Position numbers and translations under genes: made by a program
Part shown: piece after piece, positions 18,737 through 29,156 of the stretch
How positions within the stretch are numbered: the stretch's first letter is position 1
How the letters are laid out: every line of letters begins with the position of its first letter
NCBI GenBank assembly: GCA_019244185.1
Contig: JAFATB010000014.1
Coordinates: 288,001-352,000 of the forward strand
Source: Acidobacteriota bacterium
GTDB taxonomy: Bacteria; Acidobacteriota; Thermoanaerobaculia; Gp7-AA8
Reading direction: 5' to 3'
Length of the DNA stretch: 64,000 nucleotides
The notes under the pieces: generated by a model
Databases searched by the model: none
What the model saw: the letters and a program-made list of their open reading frames with translations, nothing else
What the model was told of the DNA's origin: nothing

Positions 18737-19570
18737 TCATACCTGCGACAACACCATCGCGCCCACGATCAGCGCCGCGCCGATGAAGAACGCCGCGGTG
18801 AGCGGCTCGCCGTAGAACGCGATCGACACGAGCGCCGCCGCCACCGGCTCGAACGAGAGGATCACCGCCGCTTCCGTCGCCGTCACATGCGCCTGTCCCC
18901 ACATCAGCGCCGCGAACGCGAGCGCGGTGGTGACGACGGCCGTGAACACGATCGCGGCGACGACGCGGAAGTCCCAAGGCGTCGGCTTCGCGAAGATCGC
19001 CAGCGGTCCGGCGGCCAGTCCGACGAAGAGCACCTGCACCGCCGCGAGCGCCGTCGCCGTCTCGTGTTTGCTCCAGCGCGCGGACAGCACGACGTGCAAC
19101 GCGAAGAGCACCGCGCCGCCGAGCGTGAGCAGATCGCCGAACGTAAGACGCGCTTCGAATCCGCCGCCGATGAAGACCCACGTGCCCGCGAGCGCGAGCA
19201 GCGCCGCAAGCCATGCCGCCGGCTTCGGACGCCCCGACGTACGCCACTGGAAGAACGGCACGAGCACGACGTAGATGCCGGTGAGCAGCGCGGAGCGCGA
19301 CGGCGAGATGGTGAGCAGTCCGCGCGTCTGCGCCCAATAGCCGAAGAAGACGAGCAGGCCGAGGGTGATGCCGGGACGCAGCAGTGCACGCGTGAAGCGG
19401 CCGCGCATCGCGGCGAAGACGCAGAGGATCGCGCCCGCGAGCGTGAAGCGCCAGAAGATGAACGGCTCGGGCGCAATGCGTTGGATCACGCTCTTGACGA
19501 GCACGAACGTCGCGCCCCAGGCGCCGGCCGTGGCGAGCAGCGCGAGCGCCGCGAGGTGATGGCGTTTCAC
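18737..19570 (-). CDS. EamA/DMT family transporter
   Basis: About 10 TM segments; WGATF, GDLL, FEPV. Confidence 0.9.
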   Translation of the reverse strand: MKRHHLAALALLATAGAWGATFVLVKSVIQRIAPEPFIFWRFTLAGAILCVFAAMRGRFTRALLRPGITLGLLVFFGYWAQTRGLLTISPSRSALLTGIYVVLVPFFQWRTSGRPKPAAWLAALLALAGTWVFIGGGFEARLTFGDLLTLGGAVLFALHVVLSARWSKHETATALAAVQVLFVGLAAGPLAIFAKPTPWDFRVVAAIVFTAVVTTALAFAALMWGQAHVTATEAAVILSFEPVAAALVSIAFYGEPLTAAFFIGAALIVGAMVLSQV

Positions 19571-19700
19571 CGCGACGGCGCCGGCTGCGACTGCTCCTGC
19601 TGCAGTTGCTGCATCGCCACGAGCTGGCGGTACATCATCGAGAAGACCAGCGCGAAGCCGAGCAGCATCACGATCAGCACGATGCGCATGCCCCAGCGGT

Positions 19701-19704
<4 letters not shown>
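19567..19704 (-). CDS. Small single-TM protein (45 aa), absent from the ORF track
   Basis: MNRWGMRIVLIVMLLGFALVFSMMYRQLVAMQQLQQEQSQPAPSR; 4-nt overlaps with both neighbours. Confidence 0.75.
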
Positions 19705-20567
<863 letters not shown>

Positions 20568-20597
20568 GCCGCGATGGTAAGCCAGACGCGCGCCGCG

Positions 20598-20966
20598 TTA
20601 CTCGACGAGCTCTTCCTGCTTGAAGAGGTACTTGATGCAGTGCTTCTGGATGAGCAGGTTCGGCGCGCCTTCGCGATTCACTTTGAGGCAGGCCTTGTCG
20701 TACCACTCGATCCAGCCGCGCACCTCTTCGCCGTCGGTGAGGACGATCACCATCGGCGTCTTGGAGTTCATCTGTTTGAGGTAGTAGAAATTCTCGGCGT
20801 TGGTCGCCTCGGGTGGGGCGGCTTTCGCGTTCCGGTTCGCGTACCCGTTGCCGTTACCGTTTCCGTCGCGCGGCTTGGTGCTGCGTTTGAAGTCGAGAGT
20901 CCGGAAGCTCCGGCGTCCGGTCATGGGCTGGTGGTCCGCTTCGTGCGGCCTGCTCGAAAAGGGCAT
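20598..20966 (-). CDS. Hfq-like Sm-fold protein with N-terminal extension
   Basis: GGAGG RBS; [29 protein letters not shown]...LLIQKHCI resembles Sm1/Sm2. Confidence 0.8.
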   Translation of the reverse strand: MPFSSRPHEADHQPMTGRRSFRTLDFKRSTKPRDGNGNGNGYANRNAKAAPPEATNAENFYYLKQMNSKTPMVIVLTDGEEVRGWIEWYDKACLKVNREGAPNLLIQKHCIKYLFKQEELVE

Positions 20967-21136
20967 TGCTGTCCTCCGTGTTTCGGGTACGTGCTGGGGG
21001 TGGTGAGGCTGAGCAGATCCCGTTTGCGATTTGCGTGCCTCCTCTCTAGAATGGCGGCCCGGCTTCGGCCGCCCGCCGCGGGCATTTCTTCCCTCGAGCC
21101 GCGGCCACAAACACGCAAATCACCTGGAGGTCCCGT

Positions 21137-21919
21137 TTGAACTCCGTCGTCTGTATCAGCCATGTTCCGGATACCGAGTCCCGCATCAAGATCGCCGCGG
21201 ACGGCCGCAAGGTCGACGAGGCGGGGCTGAAGTTCATCGTCTCGCCGTACGACGAATTCGCGCTCGAGGAAGCGATCCGCGTGAAAGAGAAATCCGGCGG
21301 CGGCGACGTCACCGTCGTGACGTTCGGCCCCGACCGCGCGCAGCAGGCGCTGCGCGAGGCGCTCGCGCGCGGCGCGACGAAAGCGCTGCACGTGAAAGGC
21401 GAAGCGTCCGACGCTGACTCGCTCGGCATCGCCAAAGTGCTCGCCGCCGCGATCAAGACCGTGCCGCACGATCTCGTCTTCCTCGGCAAGCAAGGCGTCG
21501 GCACCGACAACGCGCTCGTCGGCCCGATGGTCGCCGAGCTCCTCGGCTATCCGCAGGTCAACGTCGTGACGAAGCTCGAAGTCGCCGACGGGAAGCTCAC
21601 CGCGCATCGCGAGATCGAAGGCGCGGAAGAGATCCTCGAGACGCCGACGCCCGCCGTCGTCACCGCGCAGAAGGGACTCAACGAGCCGCGCTACGCGTCG
21701 CTCAAAGGCATCATGGCCGCGAAGAAGATCGCCATCGACACGAAGTCGGTCGCGGACCTCGGCCTCAATGACTCCGACATCTTCAACCAGCGCGTCGCCA
21801 CCGTCGCGCTCGAGCTGCCGGCCGAGAAGAGCGGCGGCAAGAAGATCGACGGCGCCGATGCCGCCGCGGCCGCGCGCGCGATCCTGCAGTACATCAAAGA
21901 CGAAGCGAAGGCGCTCTAG
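21137..21919 (+). CDS. etfB: Electron transfer flavoprotein beta subunit
   Basis: TTG start after GGAGG; VPDTE, PYDEFALEEA, NEPRYASLKGIMAAK. Confidence 0.95.
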   Translation: MNSVVCISHVPDTESRIKIAADGRKVDEAGLKFIVSPYDEFALEEAIRVKEKSGGGDVTVVTFGPDRAQQALREALARGATKALHVKGEASDADSLGIAKVLAAAIKTVPHDLVFLGKQGVGTDNALVGPMVAELLGYPQVNVVTKLEVADGKLTAHREIEGAEEILETPTPAVVTAQKGLNEPRYASLKGIMAAKKIAIDTKSVADLGLNDSDIFNQRVATVALELPAEKSGGKKIDGADAAAAARAILQYIKDEAKAL

Positions 21920-21928
21920 GAGATCGTC

Positions 21929-22888
21929 ATGCCTGGTGTTCTCGTATTCACCGAATCCTCGAACGGGAAGCTGAAGAAGGCGTCCCGCGAAGCTCTCTCC
22001 ATCGGCCGCACGCTCGCCAACGCCGCGGGCGGCGACCTCGTCGCATTCGCGACCGACGCCGCGGCGGCGGAAGACGCGGGCCGCTACGGCGCGAAGAAGC
22101 TCTACGTCGCAAACGCCGGCGCCTACTCCACGGAAAGCCATACCGCCGCCCTTGCGGCTGCCGTGAAAGAAGCGAATCCGGCCATCCTGCTGTTCGGCGG
22201 AACGTCGAACGGCCGCGATCTCGCGCCGCGCGTCGCCGCGCGTCTCGACGCCGGCGTCGCCTCCGACGTCGATCGCCTCGAATGGATCGACGGCAAGCTG
22301 CGCGCGCGCCGCCCGGTGTACTCCGGCAAGGCGTTCGCGACGGTGGAAGTGAGCGGCACGCCTGCGATCGCGACGACGCGCCCGAACGCGTTCCCCGCGG
22401 AAGAAGCGGGCGGCGGCGCGGCGGCGGAAGTCGTGAACGTGTCGTTCGACGCCGGCGACGCCCGCGTGAAGCTCGTCGACACGCACACGCCGGAAGCCGG
22501 CGAGATGAGCCTCGCCGAGGCGGACATCATCGTCTCCGGCGGCCGCGGCCTCAAGGAAGCGACGAACTTCTCGTACATCCGCGACCTCGCGCACGCCATC
22601 GGCGGCGCGGTCGGCGCATCGCGCGCGACCGTCGACGCGGGCTGGATCGATCACCAGCATCAGGTCGGCCAGACCGGCCGCGTGGTCAGCCCGAACGTCT
22701 ACATCGCCGCGGGCGTCTCCGGCGCGATCCAGCATCTCGCCGGCATGTCGTCGTCGAAGCACATCGTCGCCATCAACAAGGATCCCGAGGCGCCGATCTT
22801 CCGCGTCGCGGACCTCGGCGTCGTCGGCGATCTCTTCCAGATCCTGCCGGCGCTCACCGAGGAAGTGAAGAAGGCGAAAGCGCACTGA
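21929..22888 (+). CDS. etfA: Electron transfer flavoprotein alpha subunit
   Basis: [30 protein letters not shown]. Confidence 0.96.
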   Translation: MPGVLVFTESSNGKLKKASREALSIGRTLANAAGGDLVAFATDAAAAEDAGRYGAKKLYVANAGAYSTESHTAALAAAVKEANPAILLFGGTSNGRDLAPRVAARLDAGVASDVDRLEWIDGKLRARRPVYSGKAFATVEVSGTPAIATTRPNAFPAEEAGGGAAAEVVNVSFDAGDARVKLVDTHTPEAGEMSLAEADIIVSGGRGLKEATNFSYIRDLAHAIGGAVGASRATVDAGWIDHQHQVGQTGRVVSPNVYIAAGVSGAIQHLAGMSSSKHIVAINKDPEAPIFRVADLGVVGDLFQILPALTEEVKKAKAH

Positions 22889-23466
22889 TGGCGCATCCGG
22901 CCAAGGTCGCGGAAGTGGTCTGGTACGCGACCGGCCGGTTCTACGTCGACACGAACGGAAAGGTGTTCGACGTCGGCTACTTTCTGCACCTGCAGGGCAT
23001 CGACGCGCCGCTGTTCGACGGCAAAGCGAAGTCGGAGGCGAACGCGCGTTTCACGTTCGCCGCGGAGCCGTTCGACGCGCCGCCCGTCGACAACGGCGGC
23101 CTGAGCATCGGCCTCGACGAACGCGGGACGTTCTCGCTGTATCTGCGCGAGCGCGGCGACGGCGCGTCGTTCGACGATCCGTCGAGCTTCGCCGCGGGAC
23201 TCCGCGTCGCGACGTTCCGCCGCGTAGCGATCGTGCCGACGGTGAAGATCGCGACGTCGTCGACGGTGACGGTGCTCTCGAACGTCTTCACCGCGCGGCT
23301 CATCGAGTCGACGCCGTTCGAATTCGACGGCGCGCGCTACGACTTCGCGGAGCTCGCCGGCTTCGGGATCACGCAGTGGGGCACCGCCGCGACCGAGCCG
23401 CTCTCGCCGCCGCCCGGCTACACGTCCGTGGTCCCGTTCCTCGGCTCCGCCGTGCGCGTCGGCTGA
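22888..23466 (+). CDS. Hypothetical beta-rich protein (192 aa)
   Basis: TGATG coupling to etfA; [19 protein letters not shown]...; typical codon usage. Confidence 0.75.
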   Translation: MAHPAKVAEVVWYATGRFYVDTNGKVFDVGYFLHLQGIDAPLFDGKAKSEANARFTFAAEPFDAPPVDNGGLSIGLDERGTFSLYLRERGDGASFDDPSSFAAGLRVATFRRVAIVPTVKIATSSTVTVLSNVFTARLIESTPFEFDGARYDFAELAGFGITQWGTAATEPLSPPPGYTSVVPFLGSAVRVG

Positions 23467-23470
23467 AACA

Positions 23471-23500
23471 CGAAGGGCGCCGATCGCTCGGCGCCCTTCG
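23471..23500. terminator. Hairpin between convergent genes
   Basis: CGAAGGGCGCCGA-TCGC-TCGGCGCCCTTCG, 13-bp perfect stem. Confidence 0.75.
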
Positions 23501-23519
23501 CTTCACAGCGCGCTTCGAA

Positions 23520-26501
23520 TCAGAAGACGTAGCGGATCTGCAGCTGGAACATGCGCGGCGGATCGACGTTGGCGAATGCGGGGAGCGCGTTGGCCGCGTT
23601 GCCGGCCGCGACGAGCTGGCCGAACGTCGCGTTCGGCGTTCCCGTGTCGCCGTACACCGTCTGTCCGCGGCCGAGGTAGTTGCCGTGGTTCGTCAGGTTG
23701 AAGCCTTCCACGCGCAGCAGGAGCGTGCGATCGAGCACGTGAATGCGTCCTTCGACGAACGCGCCGATGTCTTCCGTCGGCGTGCCGCGGAACGCGGACT
23801 TTTTGAGCACCTCGCCGTTGACGACCGGACGATCGTTGTTCGCGCCGTCGCCGTTGTTGTCGATGCCGGTCGTGGCGTTGAACGGCCGCGCGGACGCGTA
23901 CTGCGTGAGCGTGCCGACCGTGATGTCGTACGGCAGGCGATAGGCGAGCGTGAGCACCGCGCGGTGGCGCTGGTCGAGGAGGCTTGGTCCCTCTTCCTCG
24001 TCGCCGAGGCGCGAGATGATGCTCTGGTTCGGACCGACGCCGTTGCCGTCGGGCTCGGCGGTGTTCGTCGCCTTCGACAGCGTGTAGCTGAGCGACGCGA
24101 GCAGGCGCGGGTTGCCGCGGTAGCTGATCTGCGTCTGCAGGCCGTTGTAGTTCGCCTCGCCGAGGTTCATGAGCACGTTGACCTGGCGCACGCCGCCGGC
24201 GACGGGAAGGATCGGACGCGTGGCGTTCGCCGCGGCGACCGTGCGCACCTGACCCGGCGCGGTGCGGTCGAACGGGGAGGGCGCGTTGAGATCGACGGTG
24301 CGATCGAGATCGGTCCAGTGCTGGTGCACGAAGTCGCTGCCGACGAAGAAGCCGCGGCCGAACTCGCGCTCGGCGCCGATGGTCATGACCTGGCTGCGCG
24401 GATTCACGAGTTCGTCGGGATAGTTCGGCAGCAGATCGAAGTTGAGGCCGTAGCGCGCGAACTGCGCCTCGTAGAACGAGCGCCGGCCCGGCTCGATGGT
24501 GATGTCGCGCGCGGGGATCTGCGACGACGGCAGCGTGCGCGGATCGAGCGCGAGCGGCACGCAGGTGAGGCAGGTCGGGAAGCCGAGCTGTCCCGGCACC
24601 GCGGTGTACGTCGTCAACCCATCGAGTCCGCCGACGAGCGCGGATGCGATCGCGTTCGCGCGGATCTGCGTGTAGTACATGCCGTAGCCGCCGCGCACGG
24701 CGAGCCGCGGATCGCCGCCGGGATGCCAGCCGAAGCCGAGGCGCGGCGCGATGTTCTTCTTCGCGTCGGTGAGCGTCTGCCGGTCGTAGCGCAGCCCGAG
24801 GTCGAGAGTGAGGTCGTTGCCGATGTGCATGCTGTCCTGCACGAAGGCGGTGTAGAGCCACTGCGACAGCTCGTAGCTGTTGATGCCGAAGTCGATCGGC
24901 TGCGTGTACTGCTGCACGTCGCCGAGCGTGAGCTGGTCGAACGGCGCGGTCGTGGTGTTCTTGAACGTGAACGTGCCGAGGACCGCGGTGCCCGGCTCGC
25001 TGCCCGTGCCGCCGGAGGTGTGGTGAATCGCACTTCCGCCGATGCGGAGGTAATGATCGCCGCGCGCCCACGAGAGCGTGTCGGCGAACTGCAGCTGGCG
25101 GCCGTGCAGATCGGAGAGACGCGACTGGCCGATCGTGAACGGCACCGAGCCGCTGCGCGTGTACGTCGTCGAGAGCGTCTGCGCTTCCCACCGGGTCACG
25201 GGATCGCCGTTGAGGAACGCGAAGCGCGCCTCGTTGAGGCGGTTCTCATCGATGACCGACGTGAGGTTCGCCTGCCCCGTCACCGACTTGCGCGAGTAGC
25301 GGCGCGCGACGCTCGGCGCGTTCGTGCCGCCGACGGCGTCCTGCGGGTTGTCGTCGTAGAAGCGGTCGAGGTTCGTGCGGAGCATGAGCGACTCGCTCGG
25401 CGTGAACGAATGATCGACGCGCCCGTCGAAGAGCGTCTGGCGATAGTGGCCGGTGTACGAGAGATCGCCGTTCGACGGCAGCACGAACGCGGGGAGCGCG
25501 CTGGAGAGGAACGTGGTGCGGTTCTGGCGCGTGTAGTCGGCGGACGCGAAGAAGAACGTGCGGTCGCGCACGATCGGTCCGCCGATCGAGCCGGAGAACT
25601 GGTTGAGCGCGTCCGGCACGTCGACCGGATTGATCGCGTCGAGCGTCGCCGGCGTCGTGCACGTGTCGACCGACGGCGGGCAGAAGCCGCTCGTCGAGAA
25701 GTGCTTGGCCTGTCCGCTGCCGGGACGGCTCATGTAGAGCAGCTCGCCGTTGAAGGCGTTCGTGCCCGACTTCGTGACGATGTTCAGTGCGGGGCCGGAG
25801 GTCCAGCCGTATTCGGCGGAGAACGCGTTCGAGAGGAGGGTCATCTCTTCGATCGCGCCGATCGGCACGGTGGCGATCATGGTCTGCCGCCCCCACGCCT
25901 CGTCGTTGTTCGCGCCGTCGAGCGTGACCGTGGTCTGGCGGCGGCCGCCGGCGCCGGTGACGAAGTACGTCGCGTTGACGAAGAGATCGCCCGTGCCTTT
26001 GGCCTGGCGGAACGCGGCGTTGAGCAGCGGCAGCGTCGTGACTTTGCGGCCGAGGATCGGCGTCTCGTCGATGCGCGTGCTGTCGAGGCGCATGCCGATC
26101 TGCGGATCGGCGCGCACGCCTTCCGCGGTGCCGTACACGGTGACTTCCGCGGTCTGCGAGCCGACCAGCAGCTTCACGCGCAGCGTCGCGGTCTCGCCCG
26201 CGCGCAGCGTGATGTTGCCGCGCTCTTCGTTGCCGAAGCCTTCGTGCGAGACGGTGACTTTGTACGTGCCGGTGAGCGACAGCGCGGGGAACGTCGCGCT
26301 GCCGTCGTTGTTCGCCGTGGCCTCGCGCGTGGCGCCGGTGGCAACGTTCACGAGCGAGACATGCGCTCCCTGCACCGGCGCGCCGGCCTGGTCGGCGACG
26401 GCGACGACGAGCGTGGCGGTATTGGGAGACTGCGCCGCGAGCGGCAACGCCAGCGCGGCGAACAGCATCAGCAACAACAACACACGATGACGATGGAGCA
26501 T
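23520..26501 (-). CDS. TonB-dependent receptor (Oar-like) with carboxypeptidase regulatory-like N-domain
   Basis: Signal peptide; FSAEYG, NIVTKSGTN, LDLGLRYD, APRLGFGW; ends PRMFQLQIRYVF. Confidence 0.92.
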   Translation of the reverse strand: MLHRHRVLLLLMLFAALALPLAAQSPNTATLVVAVADQAGAPVQGAHVSLVNVATGATREATANNDGSATFPALSLTGTYKVTVSHEGFGNEERGNITLRAGETATLRVKLLVGSQTAEVTVYGTAEGVRADPQIGMRLDSTRIDETPILGRKVTTLPLLNAAFRQAKGTGDLFVNATYFVTGAGGRRQTTVTLDGANNDEAWGRQTMIATVPIGAIEEMTLLSNAFSAEYGWTSGPALNIVTKSGTNAFNGELLYMSRPGSGQAKHFSTSGFCPPSVDTCTTPATLDAINPVDVPDALNQFSGSIGGPIVRDRTFFFASADYTRQNRTTFLSSALPAFVLPSNGDLSYTGHYRQTLFDGRVDHSFTPSESLMLRTNLDRFYDDNPQDAVGGTNAPSVARRYSRKSVTGQANLTSVIDENRLNEARFAFLNGDPVTRWEAQTLSTTYTRSGSVPFTIGQSRLSDLHGRQLQFADTLSWARGDHYLRIGGSAIHHTSGGTGSEPGTAVLGTFTFKNTTTAPFDQLTLGDVQQYTQPIDFGINSYELSQWLYTAFVQDSMHIGNDLTLDLGLRYDRQTLTDAKKNIAPRLGFGWHPGGDPRLAVRGGYGMYYTQIRANAIASALVGGLDGLTTYTAVPGQLGFPTCLTCVPLALDPRTLPSSQIPARDITIEPGRRSFYEAQFARYGLNFDLLPNYPDELVNPRSQVMTIGAEREFGRGFFVGSDFVHQHWTDLDRTVDLNAPSPFDRTAPGQVRTVAAANATRPILPVAGGVRQVNVLMNLGEANYNGLQTQISYRGNPRLLASLSYTLSKATNTAEPDGNGVGPNQSIISRLGDEEEGPSLLDQRHRAVLTLAYRLPYDITVGTLTQYASARPFNATTGIDNNGDGANNDRPVVNGEVLKKSAFRGTPTEDIGAFVEGRIHVLDRTLLLRVEGFNLTNHGNYLGRGQTVYGDTGTPNATFGQLVAAGNAANALPAFANVDPPRMFQLQIRYVF

Positions 26502-27157
26502 CACGGAAGAACCTCCACTCTCAGCACAGGATGGATTTCGAACCAGCGATGGTCCGGACTCGGGTCGTAGCGGCTGACGCCCCACACGCGCACGCGCGAG
26601 CCCGGCTTCGGCGGCGTCATCGGATCGCCGTCGAGGATCTCGCACACGACGAACGCGTTCGGGTTGTGCGGATCGGTGAGGCGGAAGCGATGGCTGCCTT
26701 CGTCGGTGTCGCCGGACGTCTGCGAGACGACGCCCTGCACGATGACGTGCGGGTCGTCCGTCGCGGCGATCTGTCCGACGGCGAGCGCGCGGAACGACGA
26801 GAAGTCGAACTGGCGGTTCCGCGCCGACGCGGCGTGCGTGTAGAAGAGCGTGAAGATGGCGAAGAGCACCGTCGCGATGAGCGCGTCGGCGGCGAGGTGG
26901 CGCAGCACGCTCGGCACGGCGAACGAGAAGCGCCGCTCGCCGCGCGGCGCGCGCGCCATCACGCGCTCGAACGCCGGCGCCGCGAGCGGCGGCAGCTCGC
27001 CGAGCAGGCTCTTCGCGTCGCGCATGCGCACGAGGCGCGCGCGGCACGCGCTGCAGTCGAGCAGATGCCGCTCGATGCGCGCGGTGGTGCGCGACGGCGC
27101 GGCGCCGTCGAGATAGAGCGGGAAGAGGCGGTGCAGATCGAAGCGAAGACAGGGCAT
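26501..27157 (-). CDS. Zinc-finger (HxxxCxxC) anti-sigma factor with TM and C-terminal OB-fold-like domain
   Basis: HLLDCSAC; TM; VQGVV...RVRVWG...WFEIHPV. Confidence 0.85.
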   Translation of the reverse strand: MPCLRFDLHRLFPLYLDGAAPSRTTARIERHLLDCSACRARLVRMRDAKSLLGELPPLAAPAFERVMARAPRGERRFSFAVPSVLRHLAADALIATVLFAIFTLFYTHAASARNRQFDFSSFRALAVGQIAATDDPHVIVQGVVSQTSGDTDEGSHRFRLTDPHNPNAFVVCEILDGDPMTPPKPGSRVRVWGVSRYDPSPDHRWFEIHPVLRVEVLP

Positions 27158-27159
27158 GA

Positions 27160-27672
27160 TCAACTCCTGAGGGGGCGGAGAATGCGTTCGAGACTGCTGA
27201 GCGCGCGGGCGAGGCGCGAGGAGACGGTGCCGATCGAACAGCCGAGGACCGCCGCGATCTCCTCGTACGGCATTTCCTCGACGTAGCGCAGCACCACGAC
27301 GGTGCGGAGTTTCGGAGAGAGCTCGAGGAGCGCGCGCGCGACGATCTGGTCGATCTGTTTGACGGCGTGGCGCTGCTCGGGCGAGGCCGCGCCGTCCGCC
27401 CAGCCGAGGATCGCGTCGAGCGGCACCTCCTCGGTACGCGCGCGGCGGCGCAGCTCGTCGTTGCAATGATTCACGGCGATGCGCCACAGCCACGTGCCCG
27501 CCGCGGCATCGCCGCGGAAGCGCGAGGCGTTCTGAAAGGCCTTGAGGAACACCGACTGCACCGCGTCTTCCGCCGCGGCGTGCGAGCCGAGCGCGTAGTA
27601 CGCGAGCGTGTGGATCCGCCCCGCGAAACGGTCGTACAGCTCGCGGAGCTCGTCGGCGACGACGGTGGGCAT
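27160..27672 (-). CDS. ECF sigma factor (sigma-70 family)
   Basis: AEDAVQSVF, TWLWRIAVN, YEEIAAVLGCSIGTVSSRLARA. Confidence 0.93.
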   Translation of the reverse strand: MPTVVADELRELYDRFAGRIHTLAYYALGSHAAAEDAVQSVFLKAFQNASRFRGDAAAGTWLWRIAVNHCNDELRRRARTEEVPLDAILGWADGAASPEQRHAVKQIDQIVARALLELSPKLRTVVVLRYVEEMPYEEIAAVLGCSIGTVSSRLARALSSLERILRPLRS

Positions 27673-27681
27673 CGTCGGTAT

Positions 27682-27708
27682 TAGACGTTTTGCCGCCGAT
27701 TCTCTTCC
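27682..27708 (-). promoter_or_regulatory. Putative ECF autoregulatory promoter
   Basis: Minus strand GGAAGA-N16-GTCTA, 9 nt before the sigma ATG; resembles the GGAAC-N16-GTC ECF consensus. Confidence 0.5.
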
Positions 27709-27794
27709 CTGGCGCCGTATTCTTTGGGCATCCGCCGTCATGCAGCGTTCATGAAGGCGCTCCTACGATCGGCGGCCTCGAAAGGAGAAAGTTC

Positions 27795-28040
27795 ATGAAT
27801 CGTCGTCGCATTCTCTCCGGACTCGTTCTCGCCCTGACGCTCACGACCGGCTTCATCGCCGGCCATGCCGCGGCCGATCAGCCGCGCATGCATGCCGCGC
27901 TCGAACACCTCCGCGCCGCCAAGACGGAGCTCGAGCGCGCGGACAACGACAAAGGCGGGCATCGCGCGCGTGCGCTCGAGCTCGTGAACGGCGCGATCGC
28001 GCAGGTCGAAGAAGGGATGAAGTTCGACCGCCGGCATTGA
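27795..28040 (+). CDS. Small secreted helical-hairpin protein (DKGGHR motif)
   Basis: AAGGAG RBS; signal peptide; QPRMHAALEHL...DKGGHRARAL. Confidence 0.85.
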   Translation: MNRRRILSGLVLALTLTTGFIAGHAAADQPRMHAALEHLRAAKTELERADNDKGGHRARALELVNGAIAQVEEGMKFDRRH

Positions 28041-28063
28041 TCGCCGCCCCGCGCATCCGCAAC

Positions 28064-28090
28064 GCGGCGCGTGATCCGCTCACGCGCCGC
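28064..28090. terminator. Hairpin between convergent genes
   Basis: GCGGCGCGTGA-TCCGC-TCACGCGCCGC, 11-bp perfect stem. Confidence 0.6.
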
Positions 28091-28155
28091 AAACCTCCAG
28101 CGATCCGCGAAACCTAGCGATCCGCAAAAGCTAGCGATCCGCAAAAACTAGCGGC
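28087..28155. repeat. 17-bp tandem repeat, about 4 copies
   Basis: CCGCAAACCTCCAGCGAT / CCGCGAAACCTAGCGAT / CCGCAAAAGCTAGCGAT / CCGCAAAAACTAGCGGC. Confidence 0.85.
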
Positions 28156-29156
28156 TCGAGCCGTTCGGCCGCGACGCGGTTCCACCCTTGGTCGTGGAAC
28201 TCGCCGCTGTTCGACGTGATGGCGAAGGTGACGTTCTCGCGCGTGAAGTGCAGCAGCAGGGCGTTGTGGCCGACGTCTTCCTGCCCGCGCGCGAACACGA
28301 CCTCGCGCCCGAGCGCGGTCTTCGTCGTGAACCATCCCGAGGCGATGTTCGTCGACGAGTCCGGCCTTACGAGCTTCGGCGTCAGCATCTCCGCGAGCGT
28401 CGACGGTTTCAGGACGCGTCCGTTCGCGAGCGCGAGCCACCAGCGCAGCAGATCGTGCGCGGTCGTCAGCGCACCCGAGGAACCGAGATCGCCCCAGTTG
28501 CGCTTGCGGCGATGCTCGGCCATCGGATGGCTGAATGCGGCGAGGCGCACCTCGTCCGCCGGCGTGGTCGAGCCCCAGAAGCGCATCGTCACGCCGGCGG
28601 GCGTGAAGAGCTGCTGCCGGAGGTAGTCCTCGTAGCGCAGGCCGGACGCGATCTCCACGATCGCGCCGAGGAGCGCGTAGTTGTCGTTGCTGTAGTGAAA
28701 GTCCTTGCCGGTGGTGAGCTTCATCGGCCGCGAAAGCACCGACGCTACCGCGGCGTCGCGTTCGGCGAACCCGTCGGCGGCATAGTTGTCGGAGTAGCCG
28801 CTGGTGTGCGTCAGCAGCTCGGCGATGGTGATCGCGCGTCTGTCGGCGGGCACGTCGAGGAAGAACCGCGTGATCGGATCGTCGAGCGACAGCTTGCCCG
28901 CGTCGCGCAGCCTGAAGATCGCGGTTGCGGTGAAGCTCTTGGTGATCGACGCGACGTAGAAGAGCGACGACGGCGTGATGCCGGTGCCCGCGGCGCGCTC
29001 GTAGACGATGCGATCGCCGCGCGCGATGGCGATCTGTCCGCGGAAGCCGTCGCGCACGAGCTGGTCGACGGCGTCATCCAAAGCGGAGTGTTTCGGCGTC
29101 GCCGCGACGGCGAGCGCGAGACAGACGATGACGAGGAGAACGGCGCTTCGTTTCAT
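28131..29156 (-). CDS. Serine hydrolase, beta-lactamase (AmpC/class C-like) family
   Basis: Signal peptide; ASITKSF (SxxK), LLTHTSG, YSNDNY. Confidence 0.9.
   Translation of the reverse strand: MKRSAVLLVIVCLALAVAATPKHSALDDAVDQLVRDGFRGQIAIARGDRIVYERAAGTGITPSSLFYVASITKSFTATAIFRLRDAGKLSLDDPITRFFLDVPADRRAITIAELLTHTSGYSDNYAADGFAERDAAVASVLSRPMKLTTGKDFHYSNDNYALLGAIVEIASGLRYEDYLRQQLFTPAGVTMRFWGSTTPADEVRLAAFSHPMAEHRRKRNWGDLGSSGALTTAHDLLRWWLALANGRVLKPSTLAEMLTPKLVRPDSSTNIASGWFTTKTALGREVVFARGQEDVGHNALLLHFTRENVTFAITSNSGEFHDQGWNRVAAERLEPLVFADR

Noticed and set aside
23376-26570. Long antisense or alternate-frame ORFs (for example 23376..26570 +, 30924..33764 +, 61041..63569 -, 37..1092 +)
   Set aside because: They are shadow ORFs of real genes caused by high-GC codon bias: Arg/Ala-rich and without motifs
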